Below, piece by piece: positions 30,085 through 39,895 of a DNA stretch of 64,000 nucleotides. The DNA is from Bacillota bacterium (GTDB taxonomy: Bacteria > Bacillota > Clostridia > Clostridiales > Clostridiaceae), in assembly GCA_023451395.1 (NCBI GenBank), contig JAEXZL010000042.1, positions 1,238 to 65,237 of the forward strand, written 5' to 3'. The notes beneath the pieces are model-generated. The model ran no database searches and was not told the DNA's origin. It saw only the letters and a program-made list of their open reading frames with translations. The position numbers and the translations under genes were made by a program. The first letter of the stretch is position 1. Every line of letters starts with the position of its first letter.

Positions 30085-31773
30085 ATGGATTTTAAATTAA
30101 CTGAGAAGCAAGAAGCTCTCAGAAAATCAATAAGAGATTTTGCAGAGGCTGAGCTTAAGCCTATTGCTTTTCAATTGGATGAACGGAGCATGTTTCCGGA
30201 GGAAATAGTTAAAAAGATAGGAGAAAATAAGTGGATGGGTCTGCCATACTCTGAGGAATATGGTGGAACTGCCCAGGGAATGTTAAGCTATGCAATTGCT
30301 GTTGAGGAATTATCCCGTGTAGATGGCGGAACTGGTGTTACATTATCCGCTCATACATCTCTTGGAGCATGGCCTATCGATGCCTTTGGAACTCCAGAGC
30401 AGAAGAAAAAATATCTTGTTCCTCTTGCTAAGGGAGAAAAAATTGGTGCTTACGGCTTAACAGAAGAAAATGCCGGCTCAGATGCTGGTGGTACAGAAAC
30501 TACAGCAGTAAAAGATGGTGATTATTACATCTTAAATGGTAAGAAAATATTTATTACCAATGCTCCTTATGCTGATATATATGTGGTTTTCGCGGTTACA
30601 ACACCAGGTATTGGCACCCATGGAATTAGTGCCTTTATAGTTGAGAAGGGAATGGAGGGCTTCACCTTTGGAACTCATTACAATAAAATGGGAATCCGCT
30701 CTTCCGCAACTGCAGAGCTAATATTTAATAATGTAAGAGTTCCTGCAGAAAACCTCTTGGGTAAAGAAGGAGAAGGCTTTAAAATTGCAATGAAAACCTT
30801 AGATGGGGGTCGTATTGGTATTGCTTCCCAAGCTCTTGGTATTGCTCAAGGTGCTTATGAGGAAGCGCTTCAGTATTCAAAGGATAGAATTCAATTTGGA
30901 AAGCCAATAGCTAGACTTCAGGTTATAGCCTTTAAATTAGCTGATATGGCTACTAAAATAAGAGCCGCAAGGCTTATGGTATACAGTGCTGCTGAGAAAA
31001 AGGACAGTGGAGAGCCCTATGGAGTAGAAGCAGCTATGGCAAAATTATATGCCTCTGATGTATCAAAGGAAGTAGTTGATGAGGCTGTTCAAATCTTTGG
31101 TGGATCAGGCTTTATAAAGGGTATACCTGTAGAGCGTTTTTATAGAGATTCAAAGATAACAATGATTTATGAAGGAACAAATGAGATACAGAGACTTGTT
31201 ATAGCCGGAAGTATTATAGGCCGTTTAGATTCAGATAAAAAGAAGACTAACACACCATCGGCTAAGCCTGCAAAGCGTCTGCCAACAACAGGTGATCGTA
31301 AGCAAATTGTTATTAAGGACGGAACTCCAGAAGAAAAGGTTGCAAAGCTCCTTGAATATATACCTGCCAAGGATTTAAAGGGAGTGGCAGGAGAATTACT
31401 TGGTTCTATTAAGGATGCAAAAAGCCTTGTTGCCTTTGGATTAGGCTTAAATAAGTTAGAAGATGTTCCTATGATTGAAGATCTGGCTAAATTAATGGGA
31501 GCAGTGATGTCCTGTACTAGACCTATTTCAGAGGAACGCCAATGGATGGATTTAACTAGATATGTTGGTGTATCTGGTCAAAAATATACTGGAGATATCT
31601 ATCTTGGAATTGGTGTATCTGGTCAAATTCAGCATGTACTTGGAATTAAGTCTGTAAAGACCATTATTGCTATCAATAATGATGAAAAGGCACCTATCTT
31701 TGAAAATGCTGATTATGGTATTGTAGGTGACTTGTATGAAATTGTTCCAGCTCTCATAAAGGCATTATCCTAA
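30085..31773 (+). CDS. Acyl-CoA (butyryl-CoA-like) dehydrogenase fused to an ETF alpha FAD-binding domain
   Basis: GLTEENAGSDA, LNGKKIFITN, GGRIGIA, YEGTNEIQR; C-terminal GVSGQIQH..G, IIAINND..APIFENADYGIVGD. Confidence 0.9.
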   Translation: MDFKLTEKQEALRKSIRDFAEAELKPIAFQLDERSMFPEEIVKKIGENKWMGLPYSEEYGGTAQGMLSYAIAVEELSRVDGGTGVTLSAHTSLGAWPIDAFGTPEQKKKYLVPLAKGEKIGAYGLTEENAGSDAGGTETTAVKDGDYYILNGKKIFITNAPYADIYVVFAVTTPGIGTHGISAFIVEKGMEGFTFGTHYNKMGIRSSATAELIFNNVRVPAENLLGKEGEGFKIAMKTLDGGRIGIASQALGIAQGAYEEALQYSKDRIQFGKPIARLQVIAFKLADMATKIRAARLMVYSAAEKKDSGEPYGVEAAMAKLYASDVSKEVVDEAVQIFGGSGFIKGIPVERFYRDSKITMIYEGTNEIQRLVIAGSIIGRLDSDKKKTNTPSAKPAKRLPTTGDRKQIVIKDGTPEEKVAKLLEYIPAKDLKGVAGELLGSIKDAKSLVAFGLGLNKLEDVPMIEDLAKLMGAVMSCTRPISEERQWMDLTRYVGVSGQKYTGDIYLGIGVSGQIQHVLGIKSVKTIIAINNDEKAPIFENADYGIVGDLYEIVPALIKALS

Positions 31774-31874
31774 AATTAGAGATAAGAGAGAAACTTTGTG
31801 AATTAGGGACAAGCTTTATGATGGAAAATAGTATTTATTAGTGTAAATAATGCTTATAAGTTCAGTCATGTGAA

Positions 31875-31906
31875 AGAATCCTCGATTTTAATCGGGGATT
31901 CTTTTA
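31875..31906 (+). terminator. Intrinsic terminator
   Basis: AAGAATCCTCGATT/AATCGGGGATTCTT plus T tract. Confidence 0.7.
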
Positions 31907-32414
31907 TTAAATAAGCATGTATAGTGTTAATGAGAATTAAAATAGGTTGCTTGCTTAGTTTACATTGCGCTGCCTTTACCTTTTATATCAAAGCTTAGTC
32001 CCAATACTACTAATATCTTGGCTAGGTTGGTACCGTTTTTAAGTCCTATAATGATGATTTGGATGATACAAATGATAATTAAAAAATAGTTTCTATTACT
32101 GGAAGTCTTTAAAAAGACTCCTTTTTTTTGTGAAAAATTCTGCAGTATATGTAAATGGAATAGCATTAGTACAATTACTGGTTAAAGCGATTAATTCTTG
32201 TATTAACTCCTTTTATTAAAGAATAGACAATAATATATAAAGAAATATATGGATAAATATGATATTTATGTTATAATTGACTTGGAATTGTGTTAGATAA
32301 ATAACAAACAATATTTTATTTTTTGCGTTTTTTAGCATTTATTGGTTTTATAATTACTAAATGCTTGAATATAATTAATTAAATATTTAATGACAATATA
32401 AAGGGGGATATGTA

Positions 32415-34085
32415 ATGAAAAGATTTTTGTCAGCAATTCTATGTGGTTGTTTGATGATAAGTTTCACGGCCTGTGGAGCTAAAACAGTTACATTAACAGG
32501 GGTAGGTAAAGGTATAGGGGGAGAAATAAAGGTTGAGGTTAAAAAACAAGGTGACAAGATTATTTCAGTAAATATTTTAGAGCATAAAGAAACCAAGGGC
32601 ATATCAGACCCTGCATTGAAAGAAATACCAGCAGCTATAGTAAAGGGTAATTCAACGGAGGTGGATGTGATTTCTGGAGCTACAGTAACCAGTAATGCAA
32701 TAATAGCAGCTGTAAATAATGCTTTAGATCCAGAAAAGTATCCAGCGTCCACTGACAGTGCTAAAGGAAATGATTCCATCACCGCAGCTAAGGTATATCA
32801 AGGCTTTGGTATAACAAATGTTCCTCGTATTGGCCCAGGAAAGGATAATACTGATATACCGGTATATAGTTTAAATGAAGTATTTGCCAGTGTCCTCTTT
32901 GATGGAGAAGGTAAAATCATTTCTTTATATGTTGATCAATTAGAGGTAGCAACTCCTAATTATGATGGAGAGGGTATGCCTCACTTTAGTGGTTTCCCAG
33001 GTCAAGGTGGCTATAATAATGATGAAAATCATGATGAAAAGATAGATGGTAAAACTCCTGATACTGAAGAAAACTTTAAGAAAGAAGTAGAGGGATGGGT
33101 TAGTAAGAGAGACCGTGGTGATAAGTATGTTGTAGGTATTGGAACATGGAGTTCACAAATGGATGCCTTCCAAAAATTATTTGTTGGTATGACTGTTGAA
33201 GAGGTAGAAAAATGGTTTGAAAAATACACCTCTGATGTTAACGGAAGACCTTTAAAGGCTGATTCAAAGGAAGAAAAGGATAAGGCTAAATATAATGCTT
33301 TAAATGAGGATGAAAAGAAAAAGCTTGCAGATGTAACTTCTGGGGCAACTATGAGTCTAAAGGATCCCCATGGTGATATAGTAGGTGCAATAAAAAAAGC
33401 TTATGAAAACCGTATTGGATTAGATATTAAAGAAGCATCCAATCAAGGCCTTGGCTTAAACTTTGTTCCTCGTGTTGGACCAGGTAAGGATAATACAGAT
33501 ACACCAGTTTATAGCATAAACCAGGTCTTTGCCAATACTTTATTTGATAAAGATGGAAAGATTTTGGCTATCTACGTAGATCAATTAGAATTTGCTACTC
33601 CTAACTACGATGGAGAGGGAATGCCTCATTTAAGCGGTTTCCCAGGTCAAGGTGGCTACAATAATGATGAAAATCATGATGAGAAGATAGACGGTAAAAC
33701 TCCTGGTACTGAAGAGAACTTTAAGGCTGAAGTTGGTGGATGGATTACTAAAAGAGATAGAGGAGACAAATATATTATAGGCTCAAGCACTTGGAGTGCA
33801 CAAATGGATGTATTCCAGAAATTATTTATAGGTAAAACTGTAGATGAGGTAGAGGAATGGTTTAAAAAGAATACTTCAGATATAAATGGTAGACCTTTAA
33901 AGGCAGATTCTAAAGAGGCTAAGGATATGGAAAAATATAATGTCTTAAGCAGGGAAGAGCAAGAAAAGTTAGCGGATATAACCTCTGGTGCGACAATGAG
34001 TCTTAATGATCCTCATGGTAATATTATTGCTGCTATAAAGGACTCCTTTAAAAGTTCTATTCAAATAAATCTTACAGTAAAATAA
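32415..34085 (+). CDS. FMN-binding (flavinylated) lipoprotein with a tandem ~215 aa duplication
   Basis: Lipobox FTAC; FMN_bind domain GKGIGGEIKVEV...DVISGAT; two repeats each with DxTSGATMS. Confidence 0.8.
   Translation: MKRFLSAILCGCLMISFTACGAKTVTLTGVGKGIGGEIKVEVKKQGDKIISVNILEHKETKGISDPALKEIPAAIVKGNSTEVDVISGATVTSNAIIAAVNNALDPEKYPASTDSAKGNDSITAAKVYQGFGITNVPRIGPGKDNTDIPVYSLNEVFASVLFDGEGKIISLYVDQLEVATPNYDGEGMPHFSGFPGQGGYNNDENHDEKIDGKTPDTEENFKKEVEGWVSKRDRGDKYVVGIGTWSSQMDAFQKLFVGMTVEEVEKWFEKYTSDVNGRPLKADSKEEKDKAKYNALNEDEKKKLADVTSGATMSLKDPHGDIVGAIKKAYENRIGLDIKEASNQGLGLNFVPRVGPGKDNTDTPVYSINQVFANTLFDKDGKILAIYVDQLEFATPNYDGEGMPHLSGFPGQGGYNNDENHDEKIDGKTPGTEENFKAEVGGWITKRDRGDKYIIGSSTWSAQMDVFQKLFIGKTVDEVEEWFKKNTSDINGRPLKADSKEAKDMEKYNVLSREEQEKLADITSGATMSLNDPHGNIIAAIKDSFKSSIQINLTVK
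32799..34085 (+). repeat. Intragenic tandem duplication, 645 nt period
   Basis: QGFGITNVPRIGPGKDNTD at 32799 vs QGLGLNFVPRVGPGKDNTD at 33444; SGFPGQGGYNNDENHDEKIDGKTP identical in both. Confidence 0.9.
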
Positions 34086-34095
34086 AATAAAAATG

Positions 34096-34129
34096 CGTAC
34101 AGTGATATATTCGCTGTACGATTTTTTTT
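34096..34129 (+). terminator. Intrinsic terminator
   Basis: CGTACAGTGA-N5-TCGCTGTACG plus T8. Confidence 0.8.
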
Positions 34130-34238
34130 ACAATCTTTTCAAAAAGTTAATTTTTCTTTTAGTATTGTTATATTGACATATATAATAATGTGGAATATTA
34201 TGTAAATACATTTTCTAAAATTATACAGGAGGTGTCAG

Positions 34239-34805
34239 ATGACTTTTATTGTAAAACCACTAACTCCGGAATTAGCTATAGTTTTCACGGAATATCTAGA
34301 GAAATTAGATTTTTCTCATGCAAATCACTGGTCAACTTGTTTTTGTAGATTTTATCACTGTAACTGTTCCAGTGAAAATTGGATGAAGAGGTCAGGGAAG
34401 GAAAATCGCTTAGAAGCCATTGAAGAGATAAAGGCAGGCAATATGAAGGGATATCTAGCCTTTGATGGACATAAATGTATTGGGTGGTGTAATGCAAATA
34501 ATGTTCAGGAATATTCAAGACTGGAAGATGACTTAAAGCCATATATAAAGGAAGGAAAAGTTGGCTGTATAATTTGCTTTGTGATAGACCCAGAATATAG
34601 GGAACAGGGAGTTGCAAGACTTTTGCTAAAAGAAGCTGTGGAAGGTTTTAAAAGTCAGGGCTTCAATGGAGTGATAGCTCTTCCTGTAGATATTAAGAAT
34701 ATACTGGAAAAACGTTATAGAGGCACCCTTAATATGTATAAGGAATTGGGTTTTAAAGAATTAGATAAAGATGATGATGTAAGTGTTATGTGGCTTACAA
34801 TATAA
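34239..34805 (+). CDS. GNAT N-acetyltransferase
   Basis: CFVIDPEYREQGVARLLL, YRG..MYKELGF. Confidence 0.85.
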   Translation: MTFIVKPLTPELAIVFTEYLEKLDFSHANHWSTCFCRFYHCNCSSENWMKRSGKENRLEAIEEIKAGNMKGYLAFDGHKCIGWCNANNVQEYSRLEDDLKPYIKEGKVGCIICFVIDPEYREQGVARLLLKEAVEGFKSQGFNGVIALPVDIKNILEKRYRGTLNMYKELGFKELDKDDDVSVMWLTI

Positions 34806-34883
34806 TAAGTGGATCCATACTTTAAAAAAGAGCTGTATAGTTAAAGCGCCCTAAGAGATTACTCTATGGGCGCTTTATAATTG

Positions 34884-35327
34884 TTAAATTGAAGTCTCAC
34901 TTACCGTCTTTACATCTACTTCTTCTCTAGGGACTTCCTTATCACAGTGAGGGCAGTAATACGTAAGATTAACGCTGTGGTTACAAGAGGTGTGAACCAA
35001 CTCCTTATAACATTTATTTAAATGCTTCTCTCCCCACAAAATGATGCTGTTAAACACATCCTCTAAATCCTTTCCGCTCTCAGTTAAAAGATATTTATAC
35101 CTAGGGGGATGATTCTGATAGAGAACTGGTGTAATAAGACCATCCTCTTCCAGAGTCTTTAACCTGTTAGAAAGAAGGTTACTGGGGATTCCACCTAGAT
35201 TATTAAGTAATATTTTATAAGTATCCTGCCCTCTAGATAGATGTCTAAGTATGAGTAGTGTCCATCTGTCACCAATGATATTTAGACTTTGTGCTATATT
35301 GCAGGGCAGATCATATAGATTTTTCAT
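34884..35327 (-). CDS. HxlR/DUF24 family winged-helix regulator
   Basis: CNIAQSLNIIGDRWTLLILR, LSNRLKTL, YLLTESG; N-terminal Cys, C-terminal CPHC. Confidence 0.88.
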   Translation of the reverse strand: MKNLYDLPCNIAQSLNIIGDRWTLLILRHLSRGQDTYKILLNNLGGIPSNLLSNRLKTLEEDGLITPVLYQNHPPRYKYLLTESGKDLEDVFNSIILWGEKHLNKCYKELVHTSCNHSVNLTYYCPHCDKEVPREEVDVKTVSETSI

Positions 35328-35377
35328 GAAAAGACTCCTTTTATTTCATATATTACCGTGCTTTAAACATAAGATTT

Positions 35378-36679
35378 CTAATTTGTAGACTCTAGAGTTT
35401 GAGTTATAACATTTTCCATAATATCCTTTGTTAGCATTCCTGGGGCATATCCATGGATATTCCCTTCCTTATCAATGAGGAAGGTGGTTGGAAGTGATTG
35501 AATATTATACTCGCCAAAAATATCTCCTGTTTCATCGAAAACCACTGGGAAGGTAATATTATTATTCTCTAAAAAGTCTATAACTCCTGCTTTATCCACT
35601 TCTCTAGTGTTTCTGTTATATTGCGTTTTAGGATTAGCTACACCTAAAAATATAACTTCATCGTTGTTATTATTATATTTCTTGTAAAGTGATTCAATAT
35701 CAGGCATTTCTTCTTTACATGGAGGACACCAGGTAGCCCAGAAGTTTAAAAAGACAACCTTTCCCTTGTAATCAGATAGGGTATGCTCTTTTCCATACTG
35801 ATCAACGAGTGTAAAGTCTATTGCTGGTATTGGTGCTGACTCTCCCTTTTTATCTTGAGAGGTGCTACCACTATTCTCATTAGGAGTTTCTGGCTTATCA
35901 TTTATAGGTTCCTGCTGCTGATTATTTTGTGTAACGGTATTTCCTACAAAGGTATTTAGATATCCGGATATTCCATTCATCCATCCTGTAAATGTCATAA
36001 CACCCATAATAATAAGAATTACTCCTCCTACCTTTACTGTATACTTTATAAGCTTTTTATTCTTTCTTAAAAAGTTTAAAGCCTGGGTAGTAAATAGACC
36101 AAGAAGGAGGAAAGGAATAATAAAGCCTAGTGAATATAAGAGCACTAACGAATTTCCCACAAGTGAGTTGTTAGCACTAGATGCCAGAATTAATACGGAA
36201 GAAAGAGCAGGGCCAACACAAGGAGTCCAAGCAAAGCTGAAGGTAAAACCCATAAAAAATGCAATTATTGGATTTGCCTTATATTTATTTAAGTTCAAAT
36301 GGAACTTTCTTTCTCGATTAAGAATATTAAAGTCAAAGACACCAAGCTGAAACAAACCAAGTACAATAATAAGTATTCCTGCCACTCTAGTAAATATCAG
36401 CTGCTTACTCTGGAAAAATGATCCTAAAGCTGTAAAGGACATTCCTAAGATAAAGAATGCAAAGGATATACCTAATACAAAAAACACTGTATGGAAGAAC
36501 ACCTTTCGTCTACTAAACATAGGGCCTCCACCCGCACTATTATCCTCTGTATTACCAGCTAAGTAGCTCATATACACAGGTATCAGGGGTATGATGCAAG
36601 GGGAAAAGAAGGATATGACACCTTCAAGGAAAACAAGAACAAAGCTTATACTATTAGTTGATATCAAAGATTCAAACAT
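35378..36679 (-). CDS. CcdA/DsbD transmembrane domain fused to a TlpA/ResA-like thioredoxin
   Basis: SFFSPCIIPL, AWTPCVGP; LNFWATWCPPC, SLPTTFLID. Confidence 0.9.
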   Translation of the reverse strand: MFESLISTNSISFVLVFLEGVISFFSPCIIPLIPVYMSYLAGNTEDNSAGGGPMFSRRKVFFHTVFFVLGISFAFFILGMSFTALGSFFQSKQLIFTRVAGILIIVLGLFQLGVFDFNILNRERKFHLNLNKYKANPIIAFFMGFTFSFAWTPCVGPALSSVLILASSANNSLVGNSLVLLYSLGFIIPFLLLGLFTTQALNFLRKNKKLIKYTVKVGGVILIIMGVMTFTGWMNGISGYLNTFVGNTVTQNNQQQEPINDKPETPNENSGSTSQDKKGESAPIPAIDFTLVDQYGKEHTLSDYKGKVVFLNFWATWCPPCKEEMPDIESLYKKYNNNNDEVIFLGVANPKTQYNRNTREVDKAGVIDFLENNNITFPVVFDETGDIFGEYNIQSLPTTFLIDKEGNIHGYAPGMLTKDIMENVITQTLESTN

Positions 36680-36889
36680 ATATTTTCTCCTAATTCTATT
36701 AAGGTTTTATAGTTATTTTATATAATACAGTAGTAACTTTAAAAAATCAAGTGAATATATAAAGTAAAGTTAGTTAAGTGGTAATAATACATATAATTTT
36801 GTTTTCATAATTATTAAAGGCTTTCATAGTATATTGTTATAACTTATAATAATATAGGTAGTATATTACATTTAAGAAATGGTGAAAAA

Positions 36890-38281
36890 ATGAGAAAATT
36901 AATTGGGAATAAAAAGTTTTATAAAATGGTCTTAGCAGTAGCGGTGCCTATAATGATACAGAATGGTATAACAAACTTTGTAAACCTTCTAGATAATATA
37001 ATGGTAGGGCAGATAGGAACAGAATCAATGTCAGCAGTTGCTATAATTAATCAGCTTTTTTTTGTTTTTAATATCTGCATTTTTGGAGCAATCTCTGGTG
37101 CGAGTATTTTTGGAGCACAATTTTATGGTAAAAAAGATTATAGGGGTATGAGAGATACCTTTCGCTTTAAAATTATAGCCTGTTTACTTATGAGTACCCT
37201 AGGTATTTTTATTTTTAACTTTTTTGGATCAAATCTTATATCTGCATTCCTTCATGAGGGTGGAAATTCTTTTGAAATACTTAAGACCTTAGAGGAAGGG
37301 AATAAGTATCTTGCTATAATGATGGTAGGAACCATACCCTTTGCCATAGGTCAAGCTTATTCCAGCACCCTTAGAGAAATGGGACAAACTCTTCTTCCTA
37401 TGTTTTCAAGTATTGCGGCAGTACTTGTTAATTTAGTATTTAATTATATTTTAATTTTTGGAAAGTTTGGCTTACCTGCTTTTGGTGTAGAAGGGGCAGC
37501 TATAGCAACAGTACTAGCAAGGTTTATAGAATGTGGAATTATTATTTTATGGACACATAAAAACAAAGTGGATATACCTTTTATAATAGATGCTTATAAA
37601 AACTTCCATATCCCTATTAAGCTTATTAAAAATATTGCTATTAAGGGCTCACCACTTATGATAAATGAGGCTTTGTGGTCTGGGGGAATGGCAGTTATGG
37701 TAAGCTGCTATTCAGTGAGAGGTTTGCAGGTAATTGCAGGAATTAACATATCCAATGTAATTAGTAATGTTTTTAATATTGTATTTATTGCTATGGGAAG
37801 TTCAATTTCAATAATAGTAGGACAGCTCCTTGGAGCAGGAAAAATGGAGGAGGCTAGGGATACAGATGCAAAGCTTATATTTTTTTCAGTAATTAGCTGT
37901 GTTGCTGCTGGCTTTATTATGGCATTGTTGGCTCCAATATTTCCTCGTATCTACAATACAAGCTTTGAAGTTCGTGCTTTAGCAACAAAATTTATATTAA
38001 TTTCAGGCTTATGTATGCCTATGTATGCTTTCATGCATGCTACTTATTTTACCTTAAGATCTGGAGGGAAAACTATTATAACATTTCTATTCGACAGTGT
38101 TTTTTTATGGGTTGTTAGTATTCCTTTAGCTTATTTACTCACTAGACATACGGGATTGAATATCATTCCGATTTACTTCCTTTGCCAGATAGTTGAAATT
38201 ATAAAATGTATAATAGGATATATTTTAGTTAATAAGGGTGTATGGCTAAATAATATTGTTGCAAATAATGCTCTAGAATAA
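36890..38281 (+). CDS. MATE family efflux transporter
   Basis: NLLDNIMVG, GVEGAAIATVLAR, GQLLGAG, LRSGG. Confidence 0.9.
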   Translation: MRKLIGNKKFYKMVLAVAVPIMIQNGITNFVNLLDNIMVGQIGTESMSAVAIINQLFFVFNICIFGAISGASIFGAQFYGKKDYRGMRDTFRFKIIACLLMSTLGIFIFNFFGSNLISAFLHEGGNSFEILKTLEEGNKYLAIMMVGTIPFAIGQAYSSTLREMGQTLLPMFSSIAAVLVNLVFNYILIFGKFGLPAFGVEGAAIATVLARFIECGIIILWTHKNKVDIPFIIDAYKNFHIPIKLIKNIAIKGSPLMINEALWSGGMAVMVSCYSVRGLQVIAGINISNVISNVFNIVFIAMGSSISIIVGQLLGAGKMEEARDTDAKLIFFSVISCVAAGFIMALLAPIFPRIYNTSFEVRALATKFILISGLCMPMYAFMHATYFTLRSGGKTIITFLFDSVFLWVVSIPLAYLLTRHTGLNIIPIYFLCQIVEIIKCIIGYILVNKGVWLNNIVANNALE

Positions 38282-38422
38282 TTTAATAGGTCTTCTCATA
38301 TACATTAAGACAGCTAAAGAGTATAAAATCAGAAAAACTCTTTGCTGTCTTTTGATTTTTAAAGACTGTGAAAGATTGGTATAATATAATTTATAGAAGT
38401 ATATTTTGAGAGGAATGCGAAT

Positions 38423-39034
38423 GTGAAAGAAAGAAAAGCAAGTATTGTTTTAAAAGTTATTATTGCACTTATATTTATAGTATCTATTGGCTCCTATTAT
38501 CTTGTAGCTATAAATGGTGAACCTCTTAATATGAATAATTCAATAACAGGGGTTGATATGATTAAAATTCCTGAGGGTCTTCAAGAAATATCAGGTTATT
38601 TATCCCTGATAAGTATTGTGATTCCCAATATTAAGATTATTCTGCAGGAGAGTTTTGAATTTATGAGTAAAGCTCTTATAGGAATAATTGCTATATCGGT
38701 TGTAGCTTCTCTTCTAACTGTGCTATTAAGAAAAAAGCTAGGTTTTATTGCTTCTTTGGCTGGAGTGTCTATTAACTTTGCTTTGGCAGGCTCTATATTT
38801 ATCAAGCTTTTCAATGCTGCAATCACCATTAAAGATTCCCTAGAAGCTTCCCTGGGAAGTATCATGGATTTTGTACAAAGCTATTTACCTGGATTGAATG
38901 TCAGTGGAAGTATTCAGGTAAATCTAAAGGATGTTATAGGAATAGGAATAATTCTTTGGCTTAGCGCTCAGGTATTGATTATAATATTATCAATTATTGG
39001 TTTAGTTATAAAAAGTAAGGATGTTGAAGCTTAA
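38423..39034 (+). CDS. Hypothetical membrane protein
   Basis: GAGGA RBS, GTG start, about four hydrophobic segments. Confidence 0.7.
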   Translation: MKERKASIVLKVIIALIFIVSIGSYYLVAINGEPLNMNNSITGVDMIKIPEGLQEISGYLSLISIVIPNIKIILQESFEFMSKALIGIIAISVVASLLTVLLRKKLGFIASLAGVSINFALAGSIFIKLFNAAITIKDSLEASLGSIMDFVQSYLPGLNVSGSIQVNLKDVIGIGIILWLSAQVLIIILSIIGLVIKSKDVEA

Positions 39035-39101
39035 GCTATTATCATATATGGATACTAATAATTTTTAATAATTTAGAAAGCTTTATAATAATATATAAAA
39101 A

Positions 39102-39135
39102 TCTTCATATTATCTATACATCTAACTGATATAAT
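39102..39135 (+). promoter_or_regulatory. Candidate response-regulator box and -10 element
   Basis: TCTTCATATTATCTATACATCT, 6 nt, TATAAT; same layout recurs at 43129-43162 on the minus strand. Confidence 0.6.
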
Positions 39136-39187
39136 ACATGCTATCCAAAAATAGTCCGTAACAAAATAACATATGAGGTGATTTTGG

Positions 39188-39895
39188 ATGAATAAAATAT
39201 TGATAATTGAAGATGAGGAAAATGTTTCTCATATTATAAAGGCTTATCTAGAGAAAGAAGGCTATGGAGTTACCTGCTGTAATACTGGCCTTGAAGGTCT
39301 TAGAACTTTTATGGAGGGGAGCTTTCAGCTTATTATTCTCGATTTAATGCTTCCGGATATTAGTGGTGAAGAGGTTTGCAGGAGAATAAGAGAAAAGTCT
39401 AATGAAAATAACTCAGAATTTATGGTGTATATATTTATGCTCACCGCTAAGGGAAGTATAAATGATAGAATATCAGGATATGACCTTGGTGCAGATGAGT
39501 ATCTTGTTAAGCCCTTTAGTCCTAGAGAACTTACTGCCAGAGTTAATGCTCTTTTTAGACGAATGAATAAAGAAGGAGATGCTAAAACTCTGGGCTTTGA
39601 TGATGGGAGCCTGAGGGTAGATTATCATAAGAGGAGTGTAACTCTAAAGGGGCTGGAAATACCCTTTACCCCTAATGAATTTGATATATTGTATACGCTT
39701 ATAGCTGCTAAAGGAAGAGTATTATCTAGGGATCAGCTTATTAATATGGTTTTTGGGATAGATTTTGAGGGCTATGACAGAACAGTAGACGTACATATAA
39801 AAAATATAAGAAAGAAGATTGAAGAGGATACAAGGAATCCTAAATATATCGTTACTGTAACAAAGGTTGGTTATAAGTTTGGTGGTGATAAATAA
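39188..39895 (+). CDS. OmpR family response regulator
   Basis: IIEDE, LDLMLP, MLTAK, KPF, RTVDVHIKNIRKK. Confidence 0.95.
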   Translation: MNKILIIEDEENVSHIIKAYLEKEGYGVTCCNTGLEGLRTFMEGSFQLIILDLMLPDISGEEVCRRIREKSNENNSEFMVYIFMLTAKGSINDRISGYDLGADEYLVKPFSPRELTARVNALFRRMNKEGDAKTLGFDDGSLRVDYHKRSVTLKGLEIPFTPNEFDILYTLIAAKGRVLSRDQLINMVFGIDFEGYDRTVDVHIKNIRKKIEEDTRNPKYIVTVTKVGYKFGGDK

